DNA of 64,000 nucleotides from the human T2T-CHM13v2.0 reference genome, Homo sapiens. Below, one piece after another: positions 17,095 through 31,632 of this stretch. Position 1 is the first letter of the stretch; the number at the start of each line of letters is the position of its first letter. Location: NCBI RefSeq assembly GCF_009914755.1, contig NC_060947.1; one strand, given 5' to 3'. The notes under the pieces are model-generated. The model had not been told where the DNA came from. It ran no database searches and saw only the letters and a program-made list of their open reading frames with translations. The position numbers and the translations under genes are program-made.

Positions 17095-17240
17095 TGTTTT
17101 TTATATATTTTTTTTGTTTCTATAGGTTATTGGGAAACAGGTGGTGTTTGGTTACATGACAAATTTCTTTAGTGGTGATTTGTGAGATTTTGGTGCCCCC
17201 ATCACTCAAGCAGTATACTTCCCCCTGAATCCCCAAAGTT
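17095..17240 (-). mobile_element. L1PB-type 3' end fragment
   Basis: 'gggaaacaggtggtgtttggttacatga...gtggtgatttgtgagattttggtgc'. Confidence 0.7.
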
Positions 17241-18599
17241 TTCTTTCTTTTCCTTTCCCTTCATCACAAGCTTAAACTGGAATGCTGTTAGTTTAGATGT
17301 GGCAGGGCAGGATCTGAGGTAGATACTTCTTCTGTCCTAATTTTTCAAGACCTAATTCTTTCAGGGTGTTGAGGAGGACAGACAGTGGAGCAAATGAACG
17401 TATTAACAGGTCTCTCTTTACTTCTTGGCTGTGATGATTTTTGTTGCTGTTTGTATTGCTTCTTTTCTGTTAACTCGTCTTGGCCATCAGGTTTCTCTGC
17501 AAAAAAGGAATCAAAGTGCTGCCTCCCTTTTTGGCTCATGTTTTAGATTTTCAGAAGCTCCCTGGATTTATTTAGTTGTATAGTTCCCTAGTGTGGTGGA
17601 TGTGGAAGTGGGTCACAAGGTGTGCAGTACTGCCCTGCCACTCAGGGAGCCTATTAAAATGTGTGAAGGGATATTGATTGTCTTGGAGTGACTGAAACAG
17701 CATTTAATTTCCAGGAGTAAGAGATATTAAACGTCCTGCAGTGCATGGGCAGTCCCTGGGGAATAGTGATATCCCAATGCCAGTATCTTCCCTTCACTGA
17801 GAAACATTGTTGAAATACTGAAATACGTCTTTATTCATTGGCAAATAGCCAATAACTTTATATCACCTCTCTCCCTCCGTCTCTCACATCAGTGCTCCTC
17901 TGAAGCCTCCCACTCAGCCTCTCAACTCTAAGATCCAGCAAATATGAAGGTCCTATCTGGCATAGCGAGAGGCCCCTAGTATCGTGATTCAGCACCAAGG
18001 CAAGAGTACACTCTGGTTGGGTGATACCTGCACACAAGTCCGGTCACTCCTGCAACAATTGTTCTTGACTTTGATTATTTTGCTCTCTCTTCTGCAGTTT
18101 TTAAAAATATACTGATAAGTTAGAGGAAGGGAAAATGTGGGGATGATTGTTGGAGGTACTAGTACAATATGTGCTACCACTTGGTAATTTTAGTGAGTCC
18201 TTAGGAAAGTGTTGGGCCAAAATTTTCGACAGGTATCTTAAGAATATAGGTTTCTTAGAGCCTCTTTATCCTCAGCTGTAGACTGGAGGTTATCATTCTG
18301 GAGAATTAGGAAAAGTCTCACTCAGTATCCCATAACATTATAATAAAAAATTAAGTTTCAAAGTGAAAGGTGATTAAGAACTTTTAACATTTTTAAATTA
18401 GCTCTCTGGGAATATTGCCCAGTTTTCACAATTCTTCTTTAGTATGTGTCCCCTTACCCTCCCCCTGGGAATGCATTATGAACAAATACTGGTGACTAAA
18501 TATAGAGAAAATAGGTCTGATGAGATTAAATCTATTAAATGTTTGCCTGTTAGACTCTGGGGTCCTTATTACTCTGTGGAATAGTGAAGTTGTACTAAA

Positions 18600-19100
18600 C
18601 TGAAAGTTACTATATTGGTTTAAATTGTGCTTCTGCCACTAATGAATGGCATGTGGGATATGAATGAATTAGGAATATCAAGGATGAGTCTTGGGTTTCT
18701 GACTTTCACAGATAAATGAATGGTGGTGCCATTTTGAGATGGGGTTGCCAGAAGAGCATGTTGGGGAAAGAAGATCATGAGTTTAGTTTCAGACACGCTG
18801 AATTTGATATGCCTTTCAGGTACCCATGTAGACACGTTCAGGATACAAATGGAGACTTGTTCTAGAATTCAGAAGAAATGTCTTAGCTGGAGTTATACAT
18901 GTGGAAGCTATGTATATGTGGAATAGATAATAATTGAAGCCGTAGGACTAAATGGAATCATCAAGAAGAAGGTATAGTAAAGTATAAATGTATGTAGGAC
19001 TGGATAACAAGAGACTAGCATTTTATGCTTAGGTAGAAAGAAACAATTCATTGCAGGAGCAGCAAAAGATATAAGAGAAAAAAGCAGGAGAGGAGATGGT
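18600..19100 (-). mobile_element. L2 fragment
   Basis: 'atcaaggatgagtcttgggtttctgact...gagtttagtttcagacacgctgaatttgatatgcc' is typical degraded L2. Confidence 0.6.
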
Positions 19101-21499
19101 TAGTTAACTTCCTATTTTTACGTACTCTTCTTTTTTTCTCACATATGTTGATGCATTACTTGACATCCTTATCTGTCTTATTGCCCACACTTAACAGCAA
19201 GCTTATTCTCTTCTTTAGATGGATATCAGTGCACTCGTTGCTGTTTTTTTATCTGTACTTTTCTCATGTGAAAAATCTGTAATAATTTTTCTACAATAAC
19301 AAAAATATGTTTTCTCAAGCATGTGGTTCAATTGACTTGCTCAGAGAAAAAAAGAACCCTGCAAATTGTTGAAACTGCATCTTCCATCCTATACAACAGA
19401 AGGTTTTGTTACTGTTATTATTATTATTTGAGTTCTGCAGTTGTTGTACACTTTCTCAGCAAGATGGTCCAAACTTGAGAATACTCTTGCATTTACTTTA
19501 TGGGGAAGGCAATTTGCATTTTCTTTTATGCGATTTAATGAACAGCTGTGGTAATGTGCAAAGTAAAAGAATGTTACCATTTATGATTCAAGCAGCAAAG
19601 CAGCGAACACCATCATCATTTGACCAGTTTGTTTTAGATCTATGACTACACATGTTCATCCTTGACCCTCTTACAGTAAGAATGCCATATTACTGATGGT
19701 AATATCAGATTGATTTCTTCCTCCAACACCTCCTCCTCCACCACCACACAGACACAGAGAGATATATATGGTTTTACTATTTAAAGGGTTTTCATATTCT
19801 TATTCAATTTGTTTAGAAAATTAAAATTGCCGATATATGTTAAATTGAAATGCCTAATAAATAGACTATCACTAAGTAGCAAGTCACTAGTATTCTTTTG
19901 TGATAAGTTCTCTTAATTCCATAATTCACAGCAGCCTTCTCTAGTTCCATACATTGAGTTTAATGGTCACGGTGCCAAACTGAACAACTTGTTAACTTTT
20001 ATTTGTCTTTTATTTTAAGTTCATTGCAACTTCATTTAGCCCTGTAAGAACACATGCCAAAACACTGCCAGAGATTGACTAGTTAGATACCATGAAGATT
20101 AGTATTGCTGACTCAGGAAAACTCTTAGAAAAAATGTTCTTGAGTTTAAGCCTAAATTTAGCTTTTCAATAAGGTTAATAACCTAGGGTCAACAACTCAG
20201 GGAGTCCAGTCTGTTTCTTAAGAGGTAGAAAAATAGTCCTGCTCAAAGTATTAGGCAAGAATCTTACAGTTAAATTGCAAAATAAAAACTTTCATGAATA
20301 TTCTTAGCAGTGTTGTATTTTACTCAAGAAAATAGTCAGTTGCCACTTGGCAGGTGAAGATACCTATAATGGTGTTCTCAGATCCAATCAGACATAAGCT
20401 GAGATAACATGTTCTAGTTCAATCATGCCATACATTCATCTTCATGTATCTGGGGTGGAAATGTGAGTGGTAGTGGGGATGCTTTTGAGGAAGAAAACAC
20501 TATATTACTCCTATCAGTAGGATGATATTCTAACTGCAAGTAACGGCTGGAGAGCTATATGTTAGAGTCCTCTGCTTGCAAGCAAGCAAACAACAATAAC
20601 AATAAAACAAAACAGAATTTTAGACAAACCCAAACTCTAAAAGGAAATTGTTGAAAGGATTCACAAATCACAGGAATAAAATTTTTACTTTTGTTTCTTC
20701 TAAGAGTTTCACTTCCTTTATTTAGGTATTTTAACATTTTGAATTAATTTTTGTATAGACTGTGAGGTACCGGTCAAAATTCATTCTTTTGCATGTGGAC
20801 ATCTAGTTGTCTCAACACCATATTTTAAAAATATTACCTTTTCATCATTGAATTTTCTTGGCACCCTTGTCTAAAATCTGTAGGAACAGAATGTAGATTA
20901 ATGATTGTCAGGCACTAGAGAGAGGTGGTTGAAGGGAATGAGGGGTGAGTACCAAAGAAGGTAAGGTGTTTCTTTTGGGAGTGATGAAAGTGTTCCAAAA
21001 TTAGATTTTGGCAATGGTTGTGCAACTCTATGAAGGTACTAAAAACATTAAATTGTATGCCTTTAATGGGTGAATTGTAGTATATGAGAATTATATCTCC
21101 ATAAAGTTGTTTAAAATATCAAAAGTAAAAAATTTGTTTAAACATCAAAGGAATAAGTGACCAATCTGGAAGTATAAAACCAGGATAATTCCAGGGATTG
21201 AATAGTGAGAAATAATTGGCAGTTTCTTAAGGGCCTTGCTGTCAGAGTGACTTCGGCATCAACAGTTTGTTTTAACCTTGTATCATTCAGTGCATAATTC
21301 AGCTTCTCAGGAGAAAAAGTCAGATTGGCCCAGCCAGAGACACATACCTATCCAAAGGGAGGTTCAATCATAAAGGCAGTGGGTGGATTACCTGATTGTC
21401 AATATTAACAAGACCACATGGAATAATAATAGGCAAGTCTTGCATACAGACTCATCTATTTTTTATAGTCACTATATAATGTACTTATATATATACATA

Positions 21500-21690
21500 T
21501 ATATATTGATTTATTTAATTTTCAAAATCACCCTGTTGAGTCACTATTAGTATTACGCTCCATTTATACAGAAATGAGAACTGAGGCTCAGCAAGCTCCT
21601 AAAACTTACCCAAGGTCACAGCTAGTAAGTGAACTGTGATTCAGATCCAGGCACTTTCATTCTAAATCCCTTGGTTTAAACCACTATGCT
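21500..21690 (-). mobile_element. MIR
   Basis: Core 'catttatacagaaatgagaactgaggctcagc...cttacccaaggtcacagctagtaagt'. Confidence 0.7.
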
Positions 21691-22704
21691 ACAGAATCTC
21701 TCCCTAAAAGTAAAAGTTTCAAGCACTGACATATTTTTACATGTAACCCTCTTACTATCCTGGGATTAGTGTGTTTATTAAAGGAAAGGTGATTTTACTG
21801 AAAGAAGAGGATGCAATGCAGAGCTGGCAGAAACAAAAAATGACCACTATAGGAAAAAAGTAAATTAATAATTCTTAAGCCCATGCTGCATTACAGCATT
21901 TTCTCATGTAATGTTCATCTTATAGTGTTATCAGTGTGTGTCCTGTGGATCCTTTCTTCACCCTTGTTTTCCTGGTACCCCAGGGGGCTGATTTGTATAG
22001 GCTGCAACAGCTTGGTTCTCTTTCCCTTTGGCTTCTGCTGGATTCAGAAAAAGTCTCAGGAGATTGTAGCAAGGGAGGAGAGAAAGGGCAGGAAACTGTT
22101 CTCCTGGCTTCCTCCCATATGGTCACCAAGAACTTGTGGGTGCCCATCAACTAAAGCTTCCAGCTCCACTTCGGCAGCCTTATCCTATCCACAGTGAAAG
22201 ACAATTTCTTTGGGTTCTTGTAACTCCTTTTCTTTGATCCTTCCAGCTGAGGAGTGATAATGGTTCCTCATTATTGATCAGAAGCCATGCTGGTTTCCCA
22301 TGTCTTATAAATAATATCTTCACTGAAACTTCCCGATCACTCCTTTTTAGTGTGAATCATACTAGGACTCTGAATGGCATGCATAGAAATCCTAAAGCCA
22401 ATAAAATTATATTGGTTTGGTTGCTGAAGAACTGAGGCTAAGACAATTAAATAAATTGCTCAGTAAGTGAGAGAGCTAGAAATCAAATAAAAGTCTTTTT
22501 TAACTTTCATGTCTTGACTCTTTCTTCTAAGGGGAGCTTGTTCCACAAGCTACATCCTATTAACAATATTAATTATATCCATAGGAAACCTGGAAACCTG
22601 AATGAAAAGGGGATGTATTTCAGAATAGATGTAAATGGGTATAACTGATTTTAAAATTGAGTTGAACCTCCCTTCAAACATACCATAGATATATCAGAAG
22701 GTTT

Positions 22705-22942
22705 CAGGTGTAGTGTGATGGCTAGGAATGCAAAATCTAAAGTCCCTGACTGGCTCTCCATCTCTTATCACTGTATAGCTTTGGGCAAGTTACTTAAATT
22801 GCCTTCACCTTAGTTTCCTCAATTATAACATTAGCATAATAATTATGTTAGCTTCATAGAATCATGATGAAGATTTTAAAAAGTAATATATGTAAAGACC
22901 TTAGAACAGTGTGTGGTTCGTGGTAAGAGTCAATAAATGTCT
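22705..22942 (+). mobile_element. MIR
   Basis: 'ttgggcaagttacttaa...tagtttcctc...tgtaaagaccttagaacagtg'. Confidence 0.7.
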
Positions 22943-24925
22943 TATTTGTTTATGACACTGATCTCACAAAAAAATCTTCCTACTTTTTAGAGATTGGATT
23001 ATGATGAGCAGTTTCTCTGGGAGATTCTGTAGGTAACCTGTTAGAAGAAAGTTAACCATTTTTTAGCGGCTAGTTTCATTCCACCTTTGGGATCCTTGAT
23101 AAGAGATTACTTTTAGTAAAATTGTTAGGTGGGTAGGGGTGGTTTGACGGTAAAGATAGCTTCATTGACATATGCTTAGCAGATTGTGAATATAGAAATT
23201 CTTTTTACATTATGTATTTGTTTGGTTGTACTTTCCAACATTGCCCCCATGGTGAGCAGAGGCACTTCTATATATATATATTTGCAAGAGGAGCAGCTCT
23301 ATGGGTGTATTAGAGTCAAGTTTATCTCCTTGGTCTGATGAGCATTTTGTTGAGTGGTCTTAGATTTCCAATGACAGAAATAGAAAAGAAAGTAACTGAT
23401 TGGGAGTTACTGGATCTAGGTTCTAAGTGAGCTGTTTCAACATGTGCCCCTATAACCTTGGCCAAGTTGCTAACACACTTTCAAATTTAAGTACCTCATC
23501 TGTAAAAAACAGAAGTTAGACTAAATAATTGATAAAGTCTTTTTATCTCCTGAAATACTCTGGTAGTACTGTGGGAATTTTTATAAAAGTACCCAGCCTT
23601 CTCTTAGCCTCGTGTGAACACTCAAGGGCAAGGTAGAAGGAGCTCAAGCGGAGGTGTCAAATACATATGGCTTCAGCACTTAGTCTCTGTATAGCCATCC
23701 AAAAGTTATTTAATATTTAATAGCCTCAATTTATTCATTTGTTAAGGTAAGATATACTTCAAAGCTAATTGAAGATGATTGTAAGATGATCCAATTATCA
23801 GTTGTAAGATGATTAAATCATGTATTGTAAGATGATTATGCGAATGTATAAACGTTAGATTATGTTACATATTTACTACATGTCCTTAGTTAAAATAATT
23901 AAAAGTGTATAATACTGAGAGTGTACTGGGAATCGTTTGGTGGCCACACATAACCGCCAGAGTCAAATTGCAAACATTTTCCCTGTGCTTCTCAGATACT
24001 ATGACTCTATCTGACCATTCTGTCGGCCCTGTCAACTGCTTCTAAAATGTTTTTTACCAGGAATCAATGGCACTACATAAGAAGTTACTGTGACTACCTA
24101 AACCACAGTCCAGGGTATTCTTCCAGACTCCTTTCTGCTATCTCTACATCCCATAAAAGTTTATCCATTTAGAGTCCAATCTTTACTTTCCTTACTCTTT
24201 GTTCTGGATTATTTCTTTCCTAAAAGTCAGGCTTATTAAGGCATAGTTTACCTTCAGTAAAATTCACCTATTGTTGGTGTATATAATTTGATGACCTTTG
24301 ACAAATATCATGTAGCCACCACAGTTATGATAGAGAATATTTTCATCAGCCCCCAAATTTCCTTCATGTCTGTTAATTTCCTGCTATTCCCCTACTGGAC
24401 TGTGACAACACTGAAAACTAGTTCCTATCACTATTGTTTTGACTTTTAAAAATATTATTAATATTATGTTTAACTGGCAAATCATAATTATTAATATATG
24501 CATCTAGGGGGCACAATGTGATGTTTGATATATGTATACAATGTGTCATGATTAAACAAGCTAGCACACCCATCACATCTCTTACCTATTATTTTTATGG
24601 TGAGATATTTTATGTTTACTTTGTTATTTTTCAAATATATAATACATTATTATTGACTATAATCACAGTGCTGTGCAATAGATTTCAAAACCTTTTCCTC
24701 CCGTCTACCTGAAACTTTGTACTCATTGGTCAAAAACTCCCCATTCTTTCCCTCCTGAAGCCCTCCCAAGCCTCTGATAACCATTGTTCCACACTCTATT
24801 TCTGTGAGTACAAATTTATTAGATTTCACATAGAAGTGAGATCATGTGATATTTATATTTCCGTGCCTGGATTATTTCACTTACTGTAATGCCCACTATA
24901 TTCATCCATGTTGTCACAAATTACA

Positions 24926-27900
24926 GAAAAAAGGCTTACCATCGTTAATCATCAGAGAAATGCAAATTAAAACCACAATGAAATATGCTCTTACACCAGT
25001 CAGAGTGGTTATTATTGAAAAGTCAAAAAATAGCAGATGTTGGTGAGATCGTGGAGAAAAGGGAATGCTTATACACTGTTCATTGGACTGTGAATTGGCA
25101 CAAGCTCTGTGGAAAACAGTATGCAGACTTTTCAATGAACTCATAATTGGACTACCCATTTGATTCAGTGATTTCACTATGGGGTACCTACCCAAAGGAA
25201 AATAAATCATTATTTAAAAAGATACCTGCACTCATCGGTTTATTGCAGCAGTATTCATGATAACATATTGAATCAACCTAAGTGTCCATCAGTGGATAAT
25301 TGAATAAAGAAAATGTGGTGTATGTATACCTTGGAATACTATTCAGCCATAAAAAATAATGAAATCATGTCTTTTACAACAACATGGATGAAACTAGAAG
25401 CCTTTCTCTTAAATGAAATAACTCAGAAACAGAAAGTCAGATACCGTATCATCTAATTCATAAATAGTAGCTAAATAATGTGTGCACATGGACATAGAGA
25501 GTGAAATAATAAACATCAAAGACTTGGAAGGGTGGGATGGTGGGAGGGATGTTGATACAGTTTGGATATTTGTTCCTGACCAAATCTCATGTTGAAATGT
25601 AATCACTAGTGTTTGAGGTGTGGCCTGTTGAGATGTGTTTGGTCATGAGGACAGACCCCTTATGGCTTGACACTGTCCTTGCAATAGTGAGTGAGTACTC
25701 ATGAGATCTGGTTGTTTAAGTGTGGGGCATCTTCCATCCCACTCTGTCTTGCTCCTGCTCCCAACACATGAGATGCCTGCTCCCCCTTTGCCTTCCACCA
25801 TGAAAGAAAGCTTGCTGAGACCTCTTGAGAAGCAGATGCCAACACAATGCTTCCTGTACAACCTGTAGAAACATCGGCCAATTAAACTAATTTTCTTATA
25901 AACTATATAGTCTCAGGTATTTCTTTATGGCAATGCAAGAATGGCCAAATATGGAAAACTTATACTGAGGAGATGGGTGAGGCTATAAAGATACCTGAAA
26001 ATGTGAAAGTGGCCTTGGAACTAGGTAACAGGCAGAAGTTGGAAGAGTTTGGAGGTCTCAGAAGAAAGTTTGGAATTTCATAGACACTGGTTAAATGGTT
26101 GTGACCAAAATTCTGATATTGATATGGACAGTGAAGTCCAGGCTGATGAGGTCTCAGATGTAAATGAGGAATTCATTGGGAATTGGAGCAAAAGTGACAC
26201 ATATTATGCCTTAGCAAAGAGCTTACCTGCTTTCTGTTCATGCTGTATGGATATGTGGAAGTTTGAACATCGGAGTGATGATTTAAGATATCTGACAGAA
26301 GAAATTTCTAAGCAGCAATGCATTCAAGATGTGGCCTGGCTGCTTTGAATGACCTAACTCACATGTGGAAGCAAAGGAATGAGTTAAAGTTGGAGCTTAT
26401 ATTTTAAAAGAAAGCAGAGCATAAAAGTTTGGAAAATTTGCAGCCTGTCCACATGTTGGAGAAAGAAAAAGTTTATTTAGGAGAGGAATTTAATCACTTT
26501 GTGGAGCAACCACTTGCTAGAGGAATTCACATAACTAAAAGGGAGCCAAGTGCTAATACCCAACAAAATGGGAAAAAGGCCTAGAAGTCATTTCAGAGAC
26601 CTTTGCAGCATCCCCTCCCATCACAGGCCCTGAGGCCTAGGAGGAAAAAATGGTTTCAGGGACCAGACCTAGGGTAACACTGCCCTGTATAGCCTTAGGA
26701 CACTGCTTCCCACATTCCAGCCACTCTGGCTTTAGTCTTCGCTCAAAGGGGCCCAGGTACTTCTCAGGCCACTGCTTCAGAGGGTGCGAACCATAAGCTT
26801 TTGTGTCTTCCACATGGTGCTAAGCCTGCAGGTGCACCGAGTGCAAGAGTGAATGAGGCTTGGTCGCCTCCTTCTAGATTTCAGAGGATGTATGAAAAAG
26901 CCTGGGTGTCCTGGGAAAGCGCTGCTGCAGGGGTAGAGCCCTCACAGAGAACTTCTACCAGGAGAGTGTGGAGGGGAAATGTGGGGTTGGAGGCCCCACA
27001 TAGAGTCTCCGCTGGAGAACTGCCTAGTGGAGCTGTGAGAAGAAAACTACCATCCTTCAGACTCTAGAATGGGTAGATCCACTAGCAGCTTGCACCTTGG
27101 GCCTGGAAAAGCCACAGCCACTCTGCTCCAGCCCATAAGAGGAGCCTTGGGGGCTGTACTCTGCAGATACACAGGGGCTGAAACGGAGCTGCCTAAGACT
27201 TTGGGAGCCAGCCCCTTGCAGTAGTATGCCCTGGGTGTGAGACATGGACTCAAGAATTATTTTGGAGCTGTAAGATTTAATGGGTTTTGAATTGTCATAG
27301 TGTCTCTAGTCTCTTTCTTTAGGTTGATTTATCCCTTTGGGAATGTCAGTGGTTACCCAATGCCAGCACCTCCATTCTATCTTGGAAGTAAATAACTTGT
27401 TTTGATTTTACCGGCTTATAGGTGGAAGAAATTTGTCTCATCTCCAATGAAACTTTGGACTTTGGAGTTAATGAGAGAATGAGTTAAAATTTGGGGGAAA
27501 GTTGAAAAGTCATAATTATGTTTTGCAATGTAAGAAGGATGTGACATTTGGGAGGGGCCGGGGCAGAATGATATAGTTTGGACATATGTTCCCACCCCAA
27601 TCTCATGATGAAATGTTATCCCCAATGTTGAATATCGGGCCTGGTGGGAGGGGTTTGGATCATGGGAGCAGATTACTTATGGTTTGATGTTGCCATTGCA
27701 ATACCGAGTGAGTACTCATGAGATATGGCTGTTTTAATGTGTGGTACACTCCCTGCACTCTCTCTTGCTCTTGCTCTCACTATATGAGAAAGCTGCTCAC
27801 CCTTCACCTTCTGTCATGATTGAAAGTTTCCTGACATGTCCCTAGAAGCAGATGTTGACACTATGCTTACTGTTCAGCCTGCAGAACCGTCAGCCAATTA

Positions 27901-28103
27901 AACCTATTTTCTTATAAGTTACCCAGTCTCAGGCATTTTTTATGGCAATGCAAGAATGGCCTAATACAGGGGTGATGGATGAGTAATTGTGTAATGGATA
28001 CCACGTACGCTACTCAAGTGATGGCTACACTAAAAGCCCAGACTTCACCACTATTCAATACATCCATGCAACAAAACTGCATCCTAAATATATACAAATA
28101 AAA
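24926..28103 (+). mobile_element. 5'-truncated L1 (L1PB/L1MA) inserted in the L1MA and itself split by the MST provirus
   Basis: IREMQIKTTMKYALTPVR; 3'UTR continues 'gggaggg...gatggatgag' across the MaLR. Confidence 0.75.
25553..27968 (+). mobile_element. Two-LTR MaLR provirus (MST-type): LTR 25553 to about 25953, internal region, LTR 27569-27968
   Basis: Both LTRs begin 'tgata(c/t)agtttgga' and end 'gcaatgcaagaatggcc(a/t)aata'; MaLR internal ORF remnant EVQADEVSDVNEEFIGNWSK. Confidence 0.9.
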
Positions 28104-28845
28104 AGTAATTCCCTCCTGTTTTAAGGCTGAATAGTATTTTGTTGTGTATGTATATCACATTTTCTTTATTCATTCATCCATTGATGTACACTTAGGTTGT
28201 TTCCATATCTTGACTACTGCGAATAATGCTGCACTGGACATGGGAGTGCAGATATTACTGTGATGTATTGCTTTCCGTTTCTTTGAGTACATATCCAGAA
28301 GTGGAAGAACTGGGTCATAGGGTAGTTCTATTTTTAGGTGTTAGAGGAACTTCAATACCGTTTTCCATACTGAGTGTACTAATTTACAATCCACCAACAG
28401 TGTATGAGTTCCCTTTTCTCTGCATTCTTTCCAAAACATGTTATCTTTCATCTTTTGTATTAAAGCCGTTGTAACAGTGTGAAGAGATATTTCACTTTAG
28501 TTGTAATTTGCATTTCCCTAATGATTGGTAATTCTATGTATTTTAATGTGCTGATTTTCCATTTGTATGTCTTTTACAAAATATCCGTTTAGGTTCTTTG
28601 CCCACTTTTTAATGACATTATTTGTTTTCTTACTATTGAGTTTTTTGAGTTTCATATATATTTTGGGTATTAACCCCTTATCAGATGTATGGTCTGCAAA
28701 TATTTCTCCCATTCTGTGGGTTGTCCTTCCATTTGGTTAATTGTCTTTTTGCTGTGCAGAAGCATTTCAGTTTGATGCCATTCTATTGGTCTACTTTTGT
28801 TTTCATTGCTTGTTTTCAGGATTATATCCAAACAATCATGGCTAA

Positions 28846-29166
<321 letters not shown>

Positions 29167-29232
29167 AGAGCTATTTCTTTATGCTTTTTAAGAAGCAGTT
29201 TTAGAGTTTCAGGTATTCTATTTAAGTATTTA

Positions 29233-29792
29233 TTTTTTATGGCTGCATAGTATTTCATGGTGTGTATGTACTTTCTTTATTCAGTGTATCATTGATGGGT
29301 ATTTACATTGATTCCATGTCTTTGATATTGTGAATAGTGTTGCAATGAACATGCACATTTGTATCTTTATAATAGAGTGATTTATATTGCTTTGGGTGTA
29401 TACCCAATAATAAGATTGCTGGATTGAATGGTATTTCTGTCTTTATGTCTTTGATCATGTACTTTTCAGGGACATGGATAGAGCTGGAGGCAATTACTCT
29501 TAGCAAACTAAAGCAGGAACAGTAAACCAAATACAGCATGTTCTCACCTGTAAGTAGGAGCTAAATGATGAGAATACATGGACACATAGAGGGGAACAAA
29601 GAACACTGGGGTCTACCGGGGCATGGAAGATAAGAGAAGGGAAAGGATCAGGAAAGCTAACTAACTAATGGATACTAGACTTAATACCTGGGTGATAAAA
29701 TAATCTGTATAACTATCCCCTATCACAAATGTTTACTATGTAACAAACATGCACAGTCTGCAAATACACCCCTGAATTTATATGTTTAAAAA
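29233..29792 (+). mobile_element. 5'-inverted (twin-primed) L1PA 3' end: antisense 29233-29453, sense 29454-29792
   Basis: Antisense piece begins at the reverse complement of 'gcagccataaaaaa'; sense piece begins at the adjacent consensus position 'gatcatgt'. Confidence 0.85.
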
Positions 29793-30176
29793 GTCTTCAA
29801 TTCATTTTTTATTTAATTTTATATATGGTGTGAGAAAAGGGTCTAATTTCATTACACTGCATGTGTATATCCAGTTTTCTCAGTACCATTTATTGAAGAG
29901 GCTCTTCTTTCCCCATTGTATGTTCCTGGTACCTTTGTCAAAATCAGTTGACCATAAATAGTTTAGTTTATTTTGGGGGTTTTCTATTTTGTTCCATTTG
30001 TCTGTCTATCTGTCTGTCTGTCTGTCTTTGTGCCAGTACCATGCTGCATTGTTTATTGTAGCTTTGTAATATATATTAAAATCAGGGAGTGTGTTGCCTT
30101 TGGCATTGTTCTTTTTGCCCAAGATTGTTTTGGCTATGTAGAGTCTCTTGTGGTTCCATAGTAATTGAAGTATTTT

Positions 30177-31632
30177 TGACGGTAGCAGTGGCCCATCTAG
30201 AGTGGCCATTGCCAAGATGCCACTGCAGCAGGGAGGTGCAGCCAGAGCTATACACTCCATTAAGCAGGCAGGAGCCCTGTCCCCATGGAGCTGGGGCCTC
30301 CTCCTCCACAGAGGAGGCAGGAGCTTCACTGCAGCTCTAGATTTGGGTGTCTTTGTGCTATTGGGGTCCTGGGATGGTCTCCTACCCCTCACACTCAGAA
30401 GTGCCTTCTCCCGCTGCCTGGCTTCTCCCCGTTGCTGACACCTGCTCCAATAACAGAGGTATGGCTGAGGATGCACACTCCACAGAGCCTGCAGGAGCTG
30501 GGTACAAGTGGGAGCCCCACCCCTTTCAAGTTGTATTGGTGGGAGGTCCCTGGGTGCAGCTGTAGCCATCCAAATCTGGCTGCAGACCCAGGATTCTCTG
30601 TACTCTTGGGGACCTGGGTAGGTCCCCGTACCTCTCGAGGCTCAGAAGTGCCTGTTCCTGTTGCTTGGCCTCTCCCCACTACCAGAGCCCACTCTGATCT
30701 TGGAACAAAGTTGGGGCTGAGCTCTGGTGCTACTGCAGCCCAGCTGGGTGAGAGCACGCTTGAGGCAGTGCTGACACTAGGCCCCTGCCACCTTGGCCCC
30801 CTCTGAATTTTGGGCACTGATGTATATAGGAGGGAAGCCGAGGCAGCTGGGGAGTGGGCAGCACAGTGTTGGCCTGCAGGTGCCAGTTGGCACAGTCTGG
30901 GCACCATGAATGGCAGTGGGAGGCAGACAGACTCTGGGCAGAAGACGGCAGGTCCCCGGTGAAGCCCCACCTTCAGGCCAGAAAGTCCTGAAGCCTGTGG
31001 GCTCCTCTGCCAGTACTGTAGACCAGAGAGGGAACTGGTGGTGCTTTTTCCCAGGCCCGCCCATGGTTGTCCATGAACCAATCAGCATGCACTTTCTCCC
31101 TCTGAAGACCATAAAAACCCCAGACTTAGCCAAGGCAGAGCAGACATGAAGGTGACCAGCTGGAGAGAAGAGCTACCCTCTCCAGGGTTTTCTCTCTGCT
31201 AATTGCTGCAGATGTTGGGATGGCATGCTTGCGGAGAGGAGCACCCTCTCCAAGGCCTCTTCTCTGCTGGGAGCAGCAGACATTGGGACAGTCAGTTGCC
31301 AAGAAGTGCTACCCTCTCCAGCGCCTCCTCTCTGCTGAGAGCTGAACACTCTTCAAGATGCCCTGCTGGCAGAGAGGATCCATTCACTTCAGGCCCCCAC
31401 TCTGCTGAGAGCTGCAGAGATGACAGGATGACCTGCCTACAGAGAGGAGCTACTCACTGCAGGTCTTCTCTGAGCTGTTCTAACACAGAATAAAGCTCCT
31501 CTTCATCTTGCTCACCTTCTACTTGTGTGCATACCTCATTCTTCCTGGACACAGGACAAGAACTTGAGCATAGGCACCCCTGGCCACAGAGGATTCCAAC
31601 CAGAAAAGGAATACCCAAAAAATTTCATAACA
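30177..31632 (+). mobile_element. MER52-type solo LTR (ERV1)
   Basis: TG...CA ends; start 'tgacggtagcagtggcccatctagagtggcc'; GC-rich body; AATAAA at about 31489; host L1 resumes after it. Confidence 0.8.

Noticed and set aside
30006-31493. Cluster of long overlapping ORFs (up to 228 aa) on both strands
   Set aside because: GC-rich MER52 LTR; low stop-codon density explains them
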